A stretch of 62,845 bases of DNA, the filler included, from Choristocarpus tenellus KU-1152 (Eukaryota > Protista > Phaeophyceae): the NCBI GenBank assembly GCA_964200185.2. It is 8 parts of 8 records of this genome, joined end to end, with 100 filler letters (N's around TTAATTAATTAA, not from the genome) between each part and the next. Parts side by side here need not be neighbours in the genome. Positions count along the whole stretch, not along the records: positions 10,601 to 15,404 come from CAXNAD020012997.1; positions 15,505 to 30,202 come from CAXNAD020001134.1; 6 more parts are not named here. One strand, written 5' to 3'. The translations under genes and the position numbers were made by a program. The notes beneath the pieces are model-generated. The model did no database searches and was not told the DNA's origin. It saw only the letters and a program-made list of their open reading frames with translations. This document shows positions 10,996 through 24,400 of the stretch, piece by piece. Positions within the stretch are counted from its first letter, which is position 1. Every line of letters starts with the position of its first letter.

Positions 10996-13900
10996 TTTTT
11001 TTTTTTTTTTTTAAAATAATTTTTTTAAATTTAATTTTTTCAATATATTTTTTTTAAAGAATTCCTCTGACAAAGAGGTTGAGAGTGACACCCAGAGAAC
11101 ATTGACTTGTCAGATGGAGGGGAGTAAGAGACACGACTGGATCTGTGGCTGGGGAAGGACATGGTGGGGACACCACTCAAATAGATGTCCACAGTGATGA
11201 ATTTTGACCCTGGCTAGCATTGTGCTTCACGGATTGCGACATTGAAATGTGTAGAAGGACCTACTCTTCATGAGGAACCTACAAGTGACCACCCCCTACT
11301 CTGATTCATCCTGTGGAAGGATATCATTTTGGCAAATGTAAAAAGTATATGATCTGATGGATATTTTTTATATTCGGTACAAGGTGATGAACTGAAGTGA
11401 TTATCAAAAAATATTGTACATTTTTGTTTTATTTTATTATTATGCCCTCCAACATTTTGGAGATGTGTGAGGGGAAAAGAAAAACCAATGAAAATAATTC
11501 AAATTTCAGAAAAACCTTTGAAAAAGTACCAGTTGTCGTAAAAGTGAAAGAAAGTTTCTATCGTCTATTTACTATTTTACTACCAGCTATGCTACACCTC
11601 TACCCTCCTATGCCTCCAACCTAACTTAGTCCTGCACCCCAGAGTGAGGACCTAGTGAAGCATCCCAAGAATCTAACAAGCCCTATCTCCCTGATGTCTC
11701 CCGCTTAAAACGCATGAAATGTCTTGATAGAGCTACTTGTGTTGTGACAATCTGTTGTAGACGGAATTTGACAGTCCCTTTACTGTTGCAGCCTCCTGTC
11801 CCTCTCCCCCCTACCGCATATATAGCCAACTCACCCAGAAAACTTCTGCTTGCTTACCGAGGCCCCCCAAAATTTCCACTGCGAAGGTGTTGAGGATATA
11901 ACTACAAGGGTCAAAAGATGCACTTGTTTGTATATATTTTGTGTATTTTATTTTACATCCAGCGAATGAACCATCATCACTATTCCTGTTGAGTGATGTT
12001 AATAAATACGACACATGTGGAAAGCAGAGTTTTTTATCATACCATTATTGCTGTATGCCATATACCATCTTACCAATTGAGGTTCCTTATCCGGGATCCA
12101 GGATTCCAGTGGAGGATCCTTCGTGAGATTGAGGCATGGAATCTTTTAAAGAGACCAGTCCTACAAATAGTGGATATTCTTCAATCAGAGATGTAAACAT
12201 CAAATGTTCTCTATATTTTTCGTCTTGACATTCTGATATCCTTCCTCTCTCATGAGATTCTCATCACTCTACAACTTTCTGTCGTTCCCTGCAGTCTTAC
12301 ACTTGTCCAACCTTAACCTAGTCCTCTTGGTTATGGTCCTTCTTGGTCCGTCTGGTCATCTGGTCCATCTTGCCTGGTGATACTCTTCACCACCCTTGCA
12401 TGAGAGAACCACGCTGCTACAGAATCATATGATTCTCAATGGCAACACGGGTGAATTAGGGTATAGGGTGACGGGTGAAATTTTGTTTGGTCACTAACTA
12501 AACATGCTGAAAGCCATACCCAGAAGAATACATCGTCAAGAAGACTACCTTGCTGAACTTTTGGAGGAAGCAAGAGAAGAGGAGCAGAAAGCTGATGAGA
12601 GTGAGTCAGTCCAGGACATGGAGCCATCCACGAATCATGACTCAGACTCAAATTCTTCCAACCAATCCTCATGATCATCCAACAATTCAAAAAATGCAAA
12701 TCTTAGACGAGGTTCCCCCCTATCTCCCCCAACAGATTGTCAAGGTTGTGGAGGAACAATGTTGTCAACCCTCAAGCATTGTGTCAGCTCAGGTGACCGC
12801 AACACCTGTCGTGTCCTTTTTGAGGGCAGTCCAATCTCCTTTCCATGTTCAACCGCTCATTAGGCAACCACTTTGTAGGCACAGTTTGGCAACACTACCC
12901 TTGCGTTCATTGTGCACCACGCCAATGAGTGCGCGAGAAGTAGTTCTATACCGCCAAAATGGCTTCAGGATCTCTTGAAGCTCCAGTCATGTGGACAAAC
13001 TGCTGATCGTGTTTCTCGTTTGGACTTCATCCAACTCCAACGAGAGAACCAATATCTCCGGGCAGAGGTGGAGTGTCATTGACCAAGGGAAGCAACTCTG
13101 ACCAGGTCCTCAGCTCGATCATTAACACATCCACCTGTGACAACCCTTCCGGCTAACCGTTCAGTGTCATGACCCCGTCGTCTACATCATTGCGCAGAGT
13201 TCCCGGCTACATCCTATCATTATATTGATGTACACCAGAGATTATGTCTCAAAATAGTTTGTGGCAGTACCCTAGTTGCCAAGCAATGGCCCATGATGGT
13301 CACTCTACTCACTCGTGCCTGGACAACCCAGGTGGTACTCATAGACTGGTATTACACACAGAGGAAGAGATCATGGGCGTCGCGGTCATGAGAATAAACA
13401 GTCAGTTACTGGTCTCTATACTCCTCATCCCTAGAGGTGCCCAGATGGATTTGACTCGTGTCAATTTGGGAATGAGCATGGTGTAGTCGACACCATCATA
13501 GGGGGTGGCAAGCATCAGAGGTTGATGCCAGTCACACCACTTGCTCCTCAGACATTGTTTATTGCCTGTTTGTCTGCCATCAAGCATTTTCCTTTGCCCT
13601 TAGTTCTACCCATGCCGTACAATAATAATCAAACTTGGTTCAACAGCTCTTTGTGCAGATAACCATCCATTTACTCATCTACTCCAAAACCTTTTATCGT
13701 TTTCATCATAAAGGGCTCGTGCATCTGGCATCATTGAAGAACAAGAAGAAGATGACTTAGCCATTGACACAGCAAGTGATGTACCATGTACTCCAGAAAT
13801 ATTTGTTTGCAATCACCCTCAACTCAAACTTTGGATGTGCACCCTATTGAGCCTGGTGCAATAAATTTATATACCGCTAACAGTTTCACCACTGCATATT

Positions 13901-14777
13901 CATGGATTTATCCGTTTTGCGCAGATACTTGGTGGCACCACATTGCCTGTTCAAGCTTTAGGGGTTCCCCAACTTGGCCCTGATAAAATACTGTTTGATA
14001 ATAGTATCATGCAGGAGGCCTTTGGCGCAATCCTTGATTGACAATGGCAACGTCTGTCGTTCCACAACAGCTTGTGTACCATTCCAGCAAGACATCCCAT
14101 GACAAGGAGTCGCACACACAAGTGCATGATACAAGTACCACTCCTTCATGCTCTGTGGTGAGTGTGCAACACGATTTTGATCCTGTACCCATCCATCTAC
14201 ATAAACAATACAACACACGAGGTGATCATGAAAACATCGTACATTCTGCAACTGCTGATAGCCTCTTGATACTGCTGTTGTAGTGGAGGCAGTCATACAT
14301 TCCATGCGTGATGTAGCAACAATGAACCCATACATCCATGGAATTGTACCATCGTTGCTTGCACTCTCAGTACTTGGTCAGCAAATAATACATCAGTATC
14401 GGTCCAATTAGCAAACCCAACAACACGTAGGGTTCGTATCAAGAAAAATCTTGTGATTGGCCACTGACTCCAATTTCTGATCAGACAGCCAAAACTGTTT
14501 GTACTCTAAGTACTGATTCTGCCTCGTTCAGCAAAGCTAGAGAGGAGCTACGCCAAGCTTGCAATAAGACAAATACTTTCAAAGATACCACGTTCAATCA
14601 GCCACAACAAGTGTCTCAACTTCAAGACCCGTGTGTTCATAGTAGAACATTGGCATTTTCACTGAATGCAGCAGAATTGGGCATACGTACTCTAGCTGAA
14701 GTGAGAAATTGCTATAGAGACTGGTGCCAAACCGTTGATAGGAGTCCGTCTAGAGCAAACCCTCACTCAAGAAGCGA

Positions 14778-15150
14778 TTGACTCGTGAGCTAACACTCTG
14801 GAAGAGCAAAGGCATCATTGAAAAACTTACCAGCCCTTGGGGTAGTCCTGTTTCCATCGTAGACAAATCTGATGTCTCTCCACTTTTCTGTGTAGACCAC
14901 CTCTCAACTGTTAACAAATACCTTGCTCGACAGGCTTGGCCCATGCCTAATACGAACTTTCACATATATATTGTGGGTGGTGCCAAATTTATAACCACTT
15001 GTGGAATTCGGAGTGCATATTGGCAATTCCAGTTGCTGAAGCTGATATTGAAAACACTCTTTTTGTCACTTCCAGAGGAAATGCGTTTTAAAGAGGACAG
15101 GGGCTTGGGATACCAAATGCTCCCTGGTAATTTCAAAGAATCATGTTTAT
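14778..15150 (+). mobile_element. Decayed Ty3/gypsy reverse transcriptase (probably part of a gag-pol relic starting near 12450), followed by a family B MITE at 15192
   Basis: KGIIEKLTSPWGSPVSIVDKSD..LFCVD..VNK...AWPMP....GGAKFITT..RSAYWQ, then after a frameshift IPVAEADIENTLFVTSRG...GIPNAP..FQRIM. These are canonical gypsy RT N-terminal motifs. Confidence 0.88.
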
Positions 15151-15191
15151 GCCCTTTTTCAATTTTGGCTCACTTAATAGTTTACTGGTTT

Positions 15192-15370
15192 GGCTCAAAG
15201 TATCTGGGAGGGTGGCGACTGTCCGTTTGGGGTCATTTTTTTCATGTCGCGATTTGTGGTTGATTTGGTTGCATACGTCGGATGGATAATGTAAATGCAA
15301 TTTTCCTGATTTTGGTCCAAATGGACACATTGGTGTAGACCGCCCCCCGCTCCGCCCCCCCCCCCCCGCC
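15192..15370 (+). mobile_element. Family B MITE, 3' end lost at contig break
   Basis: GGCTCAAAGTATCTGGGAGGG...GCATACGTCGGATGGATAAT...CCAAATGGACAC..GGTGTAGAC, then a C-run into the linker. Confidence 0.88.
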
Positions 15371-15562
15371 CCACATCCCGCCCCCCTCTGCCTCCTCGCT
15401 CCCCNNNNNNNNNNNNNNNNNNNNNNNNNNNNNNNNNNNNNNNNNNNNTTAATTAATTAANNNNNNNNNNNNNNNNNNNNNNNNNNNNNNNNNNNNNNNN
15501 NNNNCCCCCCCCAATTAATTTAATCTCGCTTATCCCACCCCGTCCCACCTCCCATGCGCAAG

Positions 15563-18462
15563 GTTATTGCAATGAATGACTATCAAAAGGATCGGTTCAC
15601 CAAGAACATGGTTCACCGCATGTTTAACACCATCTCAGGGAAAAAGATAGGGGTACTGGGATTTGCTTTCAAGAAGGACACTGGTGACACAAGAGAGAGT
15701 CCAGCAGTGAGTCAGGGAATGGACAGGCTTCACCTTTCTCCTTCCTATGCCTTATCCGTGATATTCTAACTCTTACCTGGAGTTGGTGGAATGCCTCAGG
15801 AATGTGTTTATAAGAACCATACTATGAATGTTTTGGTAGAAGCACCCCAAGGTTATCCAGAAGGATGGTTGGGGGACTAACCATACACCTATAACTTGAG
15901 TGGAACTCCAGTTCTGAAGTATACCTTGTGCTCAAGGCAGGGTATTGTCAATATCCTCTTGTTTCTGCCCACACTTCCTTACTGGGGGATTCTAGAGTCC
16001 CAAGAGACTTTTTTTTACTAATGTAAGCCTTGGCTATGTTGTGGAAACCCAAATTGTTTTTTGTTCTGAACTGTACAGGCGTTTGTGTGCAAGGCCTTGA
16101 TTGATGAGGGTGCACGTGTACAGTTGTATGACCCTCAGGTCAAGCGAGAGCAGATGTTTGTGGAGTTTGACTACACCTGTGGTTTGAACAACTCTACCAT
16201 GCCTGGGTTGGACAAGATGGTGAGGAATGAGTTGGTCTCCAACACTGTAAAGAGGAAAGTACATATTTTTGTTTGTGTTGGTGTAGAGGGCGATTAGGAT
16301 GGAGATTGAACTCATATGTGTTTGCTATATATATATATTGTTTGCTTGACTGGAATGGAAGTATGTGTGTGTGTGTACTTAGGACTTTCCATTTCTCCTT
16401 ACAGCTCCTTACAGGTTTCATTGCGAAGGTTCATTGAATGACTCTCTTTCATGTATGTATTGTTTAATGTATGTATTGTGTGTAATGTGGGTATTGTGGG
16501 TATTGAAAGGATGGTAGATAGAATTGAAATGAAATGTAACCCTAACCCTAACCCTAAATGAACGGGCTTTTTGGTGAGAAAGAAGGGATTCTGAGTATTG
16601 ATATTGGCTATGCTCACGGCGTGTGATTTGATTTGATTTGTCCATCAGTGTCCATCAGTGTCCATCAGATAGTTCTATCCTGATACTTACACCTTTGTTG
16701 GGTGAGAGGAGAGAGTGATACTTACCTTTTGGGAGCTTATCTTGTATGCAAGTTGTTCTTGACGAGGCCCGTGTAACACGACACGACCACTCTTGCGATT
16801 ATTATTGTTTTGAATAGTTCAGTTACATCCTTGGATCAGTATTTGACACCTTTGGATGGCGTTTCGGTTTGTGTTTCGCTTTTGACGGTTTCAGATCACA
16901 ACCTGCCCTGATGCGTACACGGCCTCGAGCGAGGCGCATGCCCTGGCTGTTCTGACAGAGTGGTGAGTGAACCTTAAATGCATGGGAAAGAGGAGCGTTG
17001 TTGTACACACTTGGCTCCATTCGCTAAGAAATTTCTTTGTGGTATCGAATGCTTCAGAGCGATAAATATCAGACACCAATTTTGCTTGGGATTTTTGTTC
17101 CGATGCTGCAGCAAGGGTGCAGGGTGAAAATGGAATATATATTTATCTTTACCATGTTGTGTGTTGTTGCACAGTGTGTTTTGTCGCTCTCATTTTTTAA
17201 TTCTATTTTTGTTTTTGTTTTTATTTTTGTGAAACTTTCTACGCTTCACCAGTTTTTTCCTTCGGGAAAGTTCTTCCTCTCCTTGAGAATATTCCTATCC
17301 CCTCTTATTTATTTGTTTTTGAAGATATGCATCTTTCTGACTGATTGTAAAAAATGTCCTTTCTAGTGTTTTGTGTGTGGTAATCAATCCGACTATGGTG
17401 CTTAGGAATAAAAAAAATGTTGTACCTCTGGGGAGTCTCTCACTGAAATAAATTCCTTCAATTTTTAACACGTCTTGTCTGATTTTTTTCATAAGTTGTT
17501 AGAGATAGTCATTGCCACCATTTGAAACAAGTCAGTAGAGTATCCCAGATGATTCAATCTATGGTAAAGAACTGGGGAAATCCTAGGTGCTACATGTGCT
17601 GCGTGCATTCATTAGAATGTAATTATTTTCCAGGAGGAACGACTGTGTGTGATGGTGTTTACTGTGATCATTTGAGTAGATGGTGTGGTATGACCTTTTT
17701 CAGGGTTGGAGAGGTAAAAAAGAAGTTGTTTGCAATCTGTGTGTGTGGAGGGACGAATTGCTGGTCATCGCTATACAAGGTTGAGAAGTGTTGTTTATCC
17801 TGTGTGCTTGATTAGTCCAGTTTGGTACTAGTTCTATTTAAGCATTTTCTAATGTTGCTCTTGTGACACATGTTGTGGGGTTGTTGAAGTTAATCAAGCC
17901 TTTTTTTGTTCTTAATAATTTCAGTAGATTTTGTGGTAACAAAAATTCTGAAGAGTTTCAGTGTATGTATATTTTTGAAGGTTGGGGATGAGGTAAACCT
18001 TGTGCATCATCCCACTCTTAGTGGTGTTTCAACCTGGCCTGTGTCTCTTGCTTCTTTATCACTTAGGTGTCCATTTGTGATTTCCTGATAATTCACTGTA
18101 TGTGATATGTAAATGTTAGGTCACATCTCTTACAGGTACATACCTGCTTGGCAGTGTGTTAAAGCCAGTGATGTTTTTTTTAATGGAGGGTTTTTAGGTG
18201 AAATGATAGTGACACGAACTTTTTTGAAAAAAATAACTTGGGGTTTGAAATATCATGCCTTCACTCCCCTCTTTGGCAAAACTAATATGTTTTTTTCAGG
18301 GATGAGTTCAAGGATCTCGACTTCGAACTGATCTATAAGAAGATGGCAAAGCCGGCGTTTGTCTTTGATGGGCGCAATCTCTTGGACCATGACAAACTTC
18401 GCAGCATTGGCTTCGAGGTGTATGCCATTGGGAAGCCCATCCCCAAGAAACCCTTTGCATGA
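15563..18462 (+). CDS. UGDH: UDP-glucose 6-dehydrogenase, 3' part (exons 15563-15706, 16079-16219, 16895-16962, 18300-18462); 5' exons not found before the linker
   Basis: Spliced translation [12 protein letters not shown]...[23 protein letters not shown]|[21 protein letters not shown]...|[23 protein letters not shown]|[46 protein letters not shown]...* matches the UGDH C-terminal domain. All three introns are GT-AG with compatible phases (0, 0, 2). Confidence 0.96.
16538..16557. repeat. Interstitial telomere-like (CCCTAA)n; similar runs at ~21704-21742, 31871-31884, 36179-36190, 47937-47952
   Basis: AACCCTAACCCTAACCCTAA within UGDH intron 2. Confidence 0.7.
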
Positions 18463-21400
18463 TTTTTTTGTCCTAACGGGGATGAAAAAGTGAATACTTT
18501 TTGATTAAGTGCACCAATATCCTCCTAGGAATATCTGCTTGAGGTCAGTGATGCAGCATTGGCATGTTCTTGCCATGGAGAGCAGGCAGTGTGACCTGCC
18601 GTGTGCAAGCCATTATTTTAGGGGGAGGTGGGAAGTGGCAAGCTGCTGGGTAGGATCAGAATTAAGTGGAATGGCATGTCTGTGTTGAGTGAGAAGATAT
18701 GTACATGATATTAGTTTGAATTTGCAAGTATTTGGGAGTGAGTGAGTATGGGGTCAAGGGGCTGATGATATGCGTACCTGTTCTGTAGTGAGCGGCAGTC
18801 AAATGGAATTTATGAAAAGTGTTTTTGTAGTAGTGTGTTGGTTTCTGCACAAGGTTATCTTGATATCTCAAGGTGGTGGAATCACCTGCACATAGTTAGG
18901 ACTAAATTTTTGTCAGTCAAAATGGTCGTGTAATTTTGAAGATAAGGAGTACGAGCATGTTGTGTTGTACTGTCTGGAACAATGGCAGATACCATAATAC
19001 CAACTAAAAGAGATGTTTGGCTTAGGAGGAGTCCAGGTATCGGGATGTCCTTCTTGAGCATCACAAATCTGAATCACCAAAAGGTCATGTGAAGGTTGAG
19101 TTTTGGGTAGATGGCATGCATCGAACTCCTTTCTTTCGCTGAGACACCTTGAAATAGGTTGTCAAAGACTTGTTTTGGAAGGATCATCTCCCAATTTCCT
19201 CCGATTTTTCCAGCTCTTCCTCTTTGTTTATTAGCTAGTTGTTCAAGTTCCCGAGATGCCAAGTTCTTGGATAAGCAAACATCATCCATGCACACAACCA
19301 ACCAGATGAAGAGGAATATCTATTGGTTTTATGTAGTTACTGGCTCCTGAATGCTCTAGAATCCAGTTTTTATCAGTGTGTTCATTTTTGCCAGGGGGTG
19401 ATATCTACATTTCCATTTATGGAACTCAAGTCAGAGCCAAAGTAGACCAGAGGTACCAGACTTTGCCCGTTTTACATTTCAAGGCACTTTTTTTCTTTTT
19501 TTAATTTACCCTCATTTCTATTTAAGTTCTAAGATTGACTTCAGAGCGTTGATCTCTCCACTATCTTCTGAAATTTTTTGAAAGACTTTAGAAAATTCAT
19601 TTTATGCCTTTCTACCCAACTACGTTTTTGCACATTTTTAGCATCATTGAAGTACAGCCCTGGGTACCTCTGCTGGTTGAGAAGAGGGTCAGTGAGTTGG
19701 TTTTGTTCAACTTGGTCAGGAGTGGATGAGAGAGGGAGGGAAAGTCATGCTCATAGCATGGCCTTCTCCTGTCAGTGGAGAAAAATGTCTAAAATCCTTC
19801 TCTAGTATACTTCAGGAGTCACTCCTTTAGTACCCCTTGGAGTGAGTGTTAGGCAAAGCAGATGTGGTTCTTTTTGAGTGTCCATGTCATGCATCCATTC
19901 AAGACAGTCCCAACTACTTCAGCCTTCTCTAAGTATCTGAACATTCATGTAGGTGGACCTGTTGATAGGAGTGTGTGGACCACTAGTTGCTCATGAAAGA
20001 TGCACAACTGTCAACATTATTGACTTGCTGCTATGCTCCACTGCTAGACAGTTTTGAAGATAATGTTGGAGATGTCAGGGGGAGAGAGGAATAGTACGAA
20101 CACAGTGAAAGTGTCTGTTTTACCTAAAACATAAATACATTCCTGGTAACATTTGGACTATTTCCTGCAACACAAATCAGGTGATGCCCATAGAGGTTAC
20201 AGCTACCTCTACTACTATACTAGTAGCACCTCGAAGTCTTTTGTCTAATAGGAGTCAAGGGAAAACTCCAGGTGGAGTCTGTCAAGCTCTGCCTTACTCT
20301 CCTGTCCAGTGTATAATAGTTCATACCATGTGGTATCGTGTTCGATTGAACTGGGTTTCTGACTGAAGTAGTCGCTGCCTCCCTAGCAACAAAAGCCTTT
20401 CTGTGATGGCCATCTTCTTTGCAAACAATTCAGGTGTTCGGTGTAAAAACAGACATGACTATATCAACATCACCCGGGCCATCTTCATCGTTTCTCCTGA
20501 GGTACATGGACGTACTACAAACTAGACGAGAGGCAGGTACCTAGGGTTTCATCTTAAGGATGATGACTAATGTGCAACATCCGCCTTTTAGTACAATTTC
20601 ATAAAGGAATTGTTTTGGATTCTACTAAAATTTCTTCAACTAACGAGATCTCAATGCTCTCAATCTTGGTGTAAATCTTGATACAAAAAACAGCAAACTG
20701 CAAAAAATCTGAAAAAAGTGGCTTCAAATACACAACACCCCAAACCTGGGTACCTCTTGTTTACCTTGACCCTTTTTATCTTCTGCTCCTTGAAGTCCAC
20801 AAGTAATTCCATTTTGCCTGAGAAAACATTCAGAATTCCCTGCAACATAAATCAATCCTCGTCAACTCCCACCCCCCTCCCTCACCCACAGGCAACCAGT
20901 TTCCTCCATGCTGTACATTTCCCACTTTCACCATCTAAGAAAATGTCACCATCTGAAGTCGCCTCAACTGCCTGGAATTATCCTTGTTACAAATGACTGT
21001 CCAACCTTTGTCCACTGTCTCAAGTCAATGGTATGTCTTATGGTGCCGAACTGCTGTCAGCAATCCCTCTGACCAATTTGGCTCCAAGAACACACACAAC
21101 AGATTCCTTCTGCCTCCTGGGTCAGTGGTACCTCTACCCAGGGCCACCACCAGGTCAGGTTGCACATCTAGGTATTTTCCTGTTTTGGAGTATCATCTGA
21201 TATCTATCCAGTTATCACATCTTGGACATACTTGTCTTGCTGACACCCAACCTCCTATTTCTAGGGACTTCCAAAATCTTAATATGTATTCAGTCCGTTC
21301 TAGAACGTGTCCAATCCTCTATCAATGACCTCAGCACTTCCACCTATTAAGGAGAAAAAGCTCATCAAACTTTATGCGCATCCACTACCCGCCCTAACAT

Positions 21401-24400
21401 TGCCATCTGGAAGTCTCACCTCATCAACTTTCTCCATCAAACAGCCCGGGGATTACTGCACCTGGTTCCTCCTCTCCCAACAACCTCAAACGGCCATAAA
21501 CCAGTAAGGAGGCGTCACTACCAAACACTCTGATCTCCTCCCCCACCAACTTAGACACACGAGCATTGTTCTGTTCAAAATGTTAAATTTTACAAATAAG
21601 AAACCATTCGATTGCATGTGTTTGGGTGTGTCTTAGCATATAACCAAATGCCGCATTCATTATAGTGTGCATGTTCTGGGGCTGCCACAAACAAGAATCA
21701 CCAACCCTAATAACCCTAATAACCCTAGTAACCCTAACCCTAATCTCTTACCAAAAACTAAGTTGGAAATCCACACAAATTAAATTCCCTCTCCAAAGGT
21801 GTACACAAGCTCACATGCATTGCCTGGATTAATCCCAAACGCACACGATACCTAAATACGTTTGTCGTTTCATTTTGATGTTCATCCATCTTGTCATCAT
21901 TCTTCCTGTCTATGCCTAGCCCTGACAACAAGGGTTCTGTGCAGCACCTGATCAAGCTCGCTTCCTAACCCTACTGGAGGGAACATTGCTCAAGTCTGTG
22001 TCTGTGCCTAACCCCCCTTCCCCCCCCCATATTTCTCTAACATGTGCCCTTCCTTCTCCAAAGGTTGAGTGACAAACGTCTAAAATTGGTTTGGGGGGTA
22101 AATGGATTTGCATGTGATGAGGATTTACTATAATTATTGGAAAAATAAAATTGAGGCATTTTGTGTACTTGATATTGAAACACAAGACCCTTCCAAACTG
22201 AATGTTGGTCAGTACTTACCTTCTCCCAGATTGCCACCTCGGCTGTACCTGGTCTTCAATAATATCTCCTACTGACATTAATCTGTCGACCTCTTGAAGG
22301 GCCTTGGAATCCACCAAATATACTTCAATTCTTCTCCTGACCAGGTATTCAACCCTTCTCCGATAACCCTTCACTGAAAAGTCTCTCTCCTTCCCTGCTG
22401 CTTCCAGCCCGATCCAAAAGAGATTTGCACTTGCGTCTACAACCATCTTCTACCACACATACTTGTCCTCCTCCTTAGTCCTTGGCGACTCCTTGACAGC
22501 CTTCAACTTTCCATGACCTTCACAAAATATCGCCCAGGGCGCCCATGGGGGATCAACTACATTGTTCTGTATACTATTAACCATTTGTATAATCAACTAC
22601 ATCGTTCTGTATACCATTAACCATTGGTATAATTCAACAACCCTGGACCAACCAGACTGCCCTATATAAGTGAAGTGAAAGGAGGGCTAAAAAGATCTGC
22701 ACCATCCAAAAATTCCTAACAACAGGACCAACTGCAGGATCAAATAATCTTCTTCCTGTCTTTGGACCTAAAAGACATGTGCCAATAAAAAGGTCCCGAC
22801 AACTGGACTCAATGTTTGGTCTGACAAAGACGTATCACCTGAGGGGCTGAAAATAAAAACAGTAGCTTCTGAAATTAATAAATAAACAGTAGGGTGGGCA
22901 AGACATGTATGCATTGCTCGTAGGTAAGGAAAAACGAAAAATTTCAATTGAACATAGTGTCTGACAAAGCTGTACCAATGTGGGATTCCAAACCACTGAA
23001 ACAACGGTAGCATCCCAAATCACCATACCTAATGCTCTACCAATTACAATGTAGAGTAAAGCTGCACCAAATGTGGGATCCTAAGCCACTGAATAAACTG
23101 TAGGCTCCCATACACCAGAAAGCACTGTAGGGTCCAGAACATCTACATCATCCGAAAGATTTGACAAAGCTGTACCAACAATGAAGTATTAAATGCCTTG
23201 ACAGAAATAAAGTTTGAAGGAGGTGAACCAAAACACAAGAGAGATGGACCAATTCTTGGGTCAAGAAATGGAACAACAATAAGGCGTGGAGTTTTCAGAG
23301 GACCCTAACAATACCCAACATCATAACCCATAGATCCATAGGCACTGGAAGTATTGTACCAACCTTAGGGTTCTGTATCTCTCAACTAACCCAGTTCTCC
23401 ACCAGATCTAGACAACTGTAGGGTCCAACACACCTCATGTGCACTCACTTTTCATACCTATGATAGACCAATCAAAGGGTCAAATATCTCATGCACCAGA
23501 GATCCAGAATCAGGTCTCGCCTGACCCATTCTGGAAATTGGCTGATTCCGGTCCAGCTATGGGATCACTCACATGGTTTGACATCCATCAACCTTATTAA
23601 AACCCTGCATTGTCCTCTCCTCGTAGTACCATCAGCCCTGCCACACAAAGGAGCCCGAACCCTGAGATTTTACTTCTCTTAAAGGACTCTAACTGCCCAA
23701 AGAACACTTCATTTCTCACATTTGCTGTCCCCAGTTGATTTGTGTTCGCTGCCTGACTCTGCCCTCCTGATTGTGCCTGCACCCTGAACGGATTTTGCAT
23801 GGCATAGGTCCTCTTCCACATACTGTCCCACTGATCGGGCCCCTTCCCCAGAACCTCCACTTCCCTAACTTCCCTCCACCATTTTCCCATCCCCCTAATC
23901 TTCTACTTGCCCCTCCACGTTTTCTCGTTCCTTGTACAGATGGATCAACAGTCCGAGACAAGAGGAAGACAGAAAAAAATATGTTTGGTCAGGTGCAGGG
24001 ATATCTTCTTGCTCCACTCACACATCTTCATACTCTTCCTAGGTCGCTGTCCCCAGCCCTTGTAGCTCCCCTCCCCTTGACTCTTCCTTCACGAACCCAA
24101 CAAATTAGCAGCAACGAGGGCACTTAGCCCACCTCTTACCAACTCGTCTCTCTGCAACAAGTCGGAATTGAGGGAAAGGGGGGAAGAACTCAGTCCCTAT
24201 TCTATCCTTCAGTGTCTTTTGCCTTCAGCAATAAAGATTTGACCATTCTTGCATGCAGTTTCTGTTCAACAAAACATATTTCCCTGTTGGGGTAATATTT
24301 GGTTTTCCACAATGTCTGATGAAGAGGCACAGCGAAGGTGGTTTGATAGTGTCCTGCCCCCTGCACCACCACCACCCTGCCTCCCACGTCCGTCTTGATC

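Noticed and set aside
10945-11055. Long poly-T tract as a retroposon tail
   Set aside because: No TSD or identifiable body; likely low-complexity or low-quality sequence.
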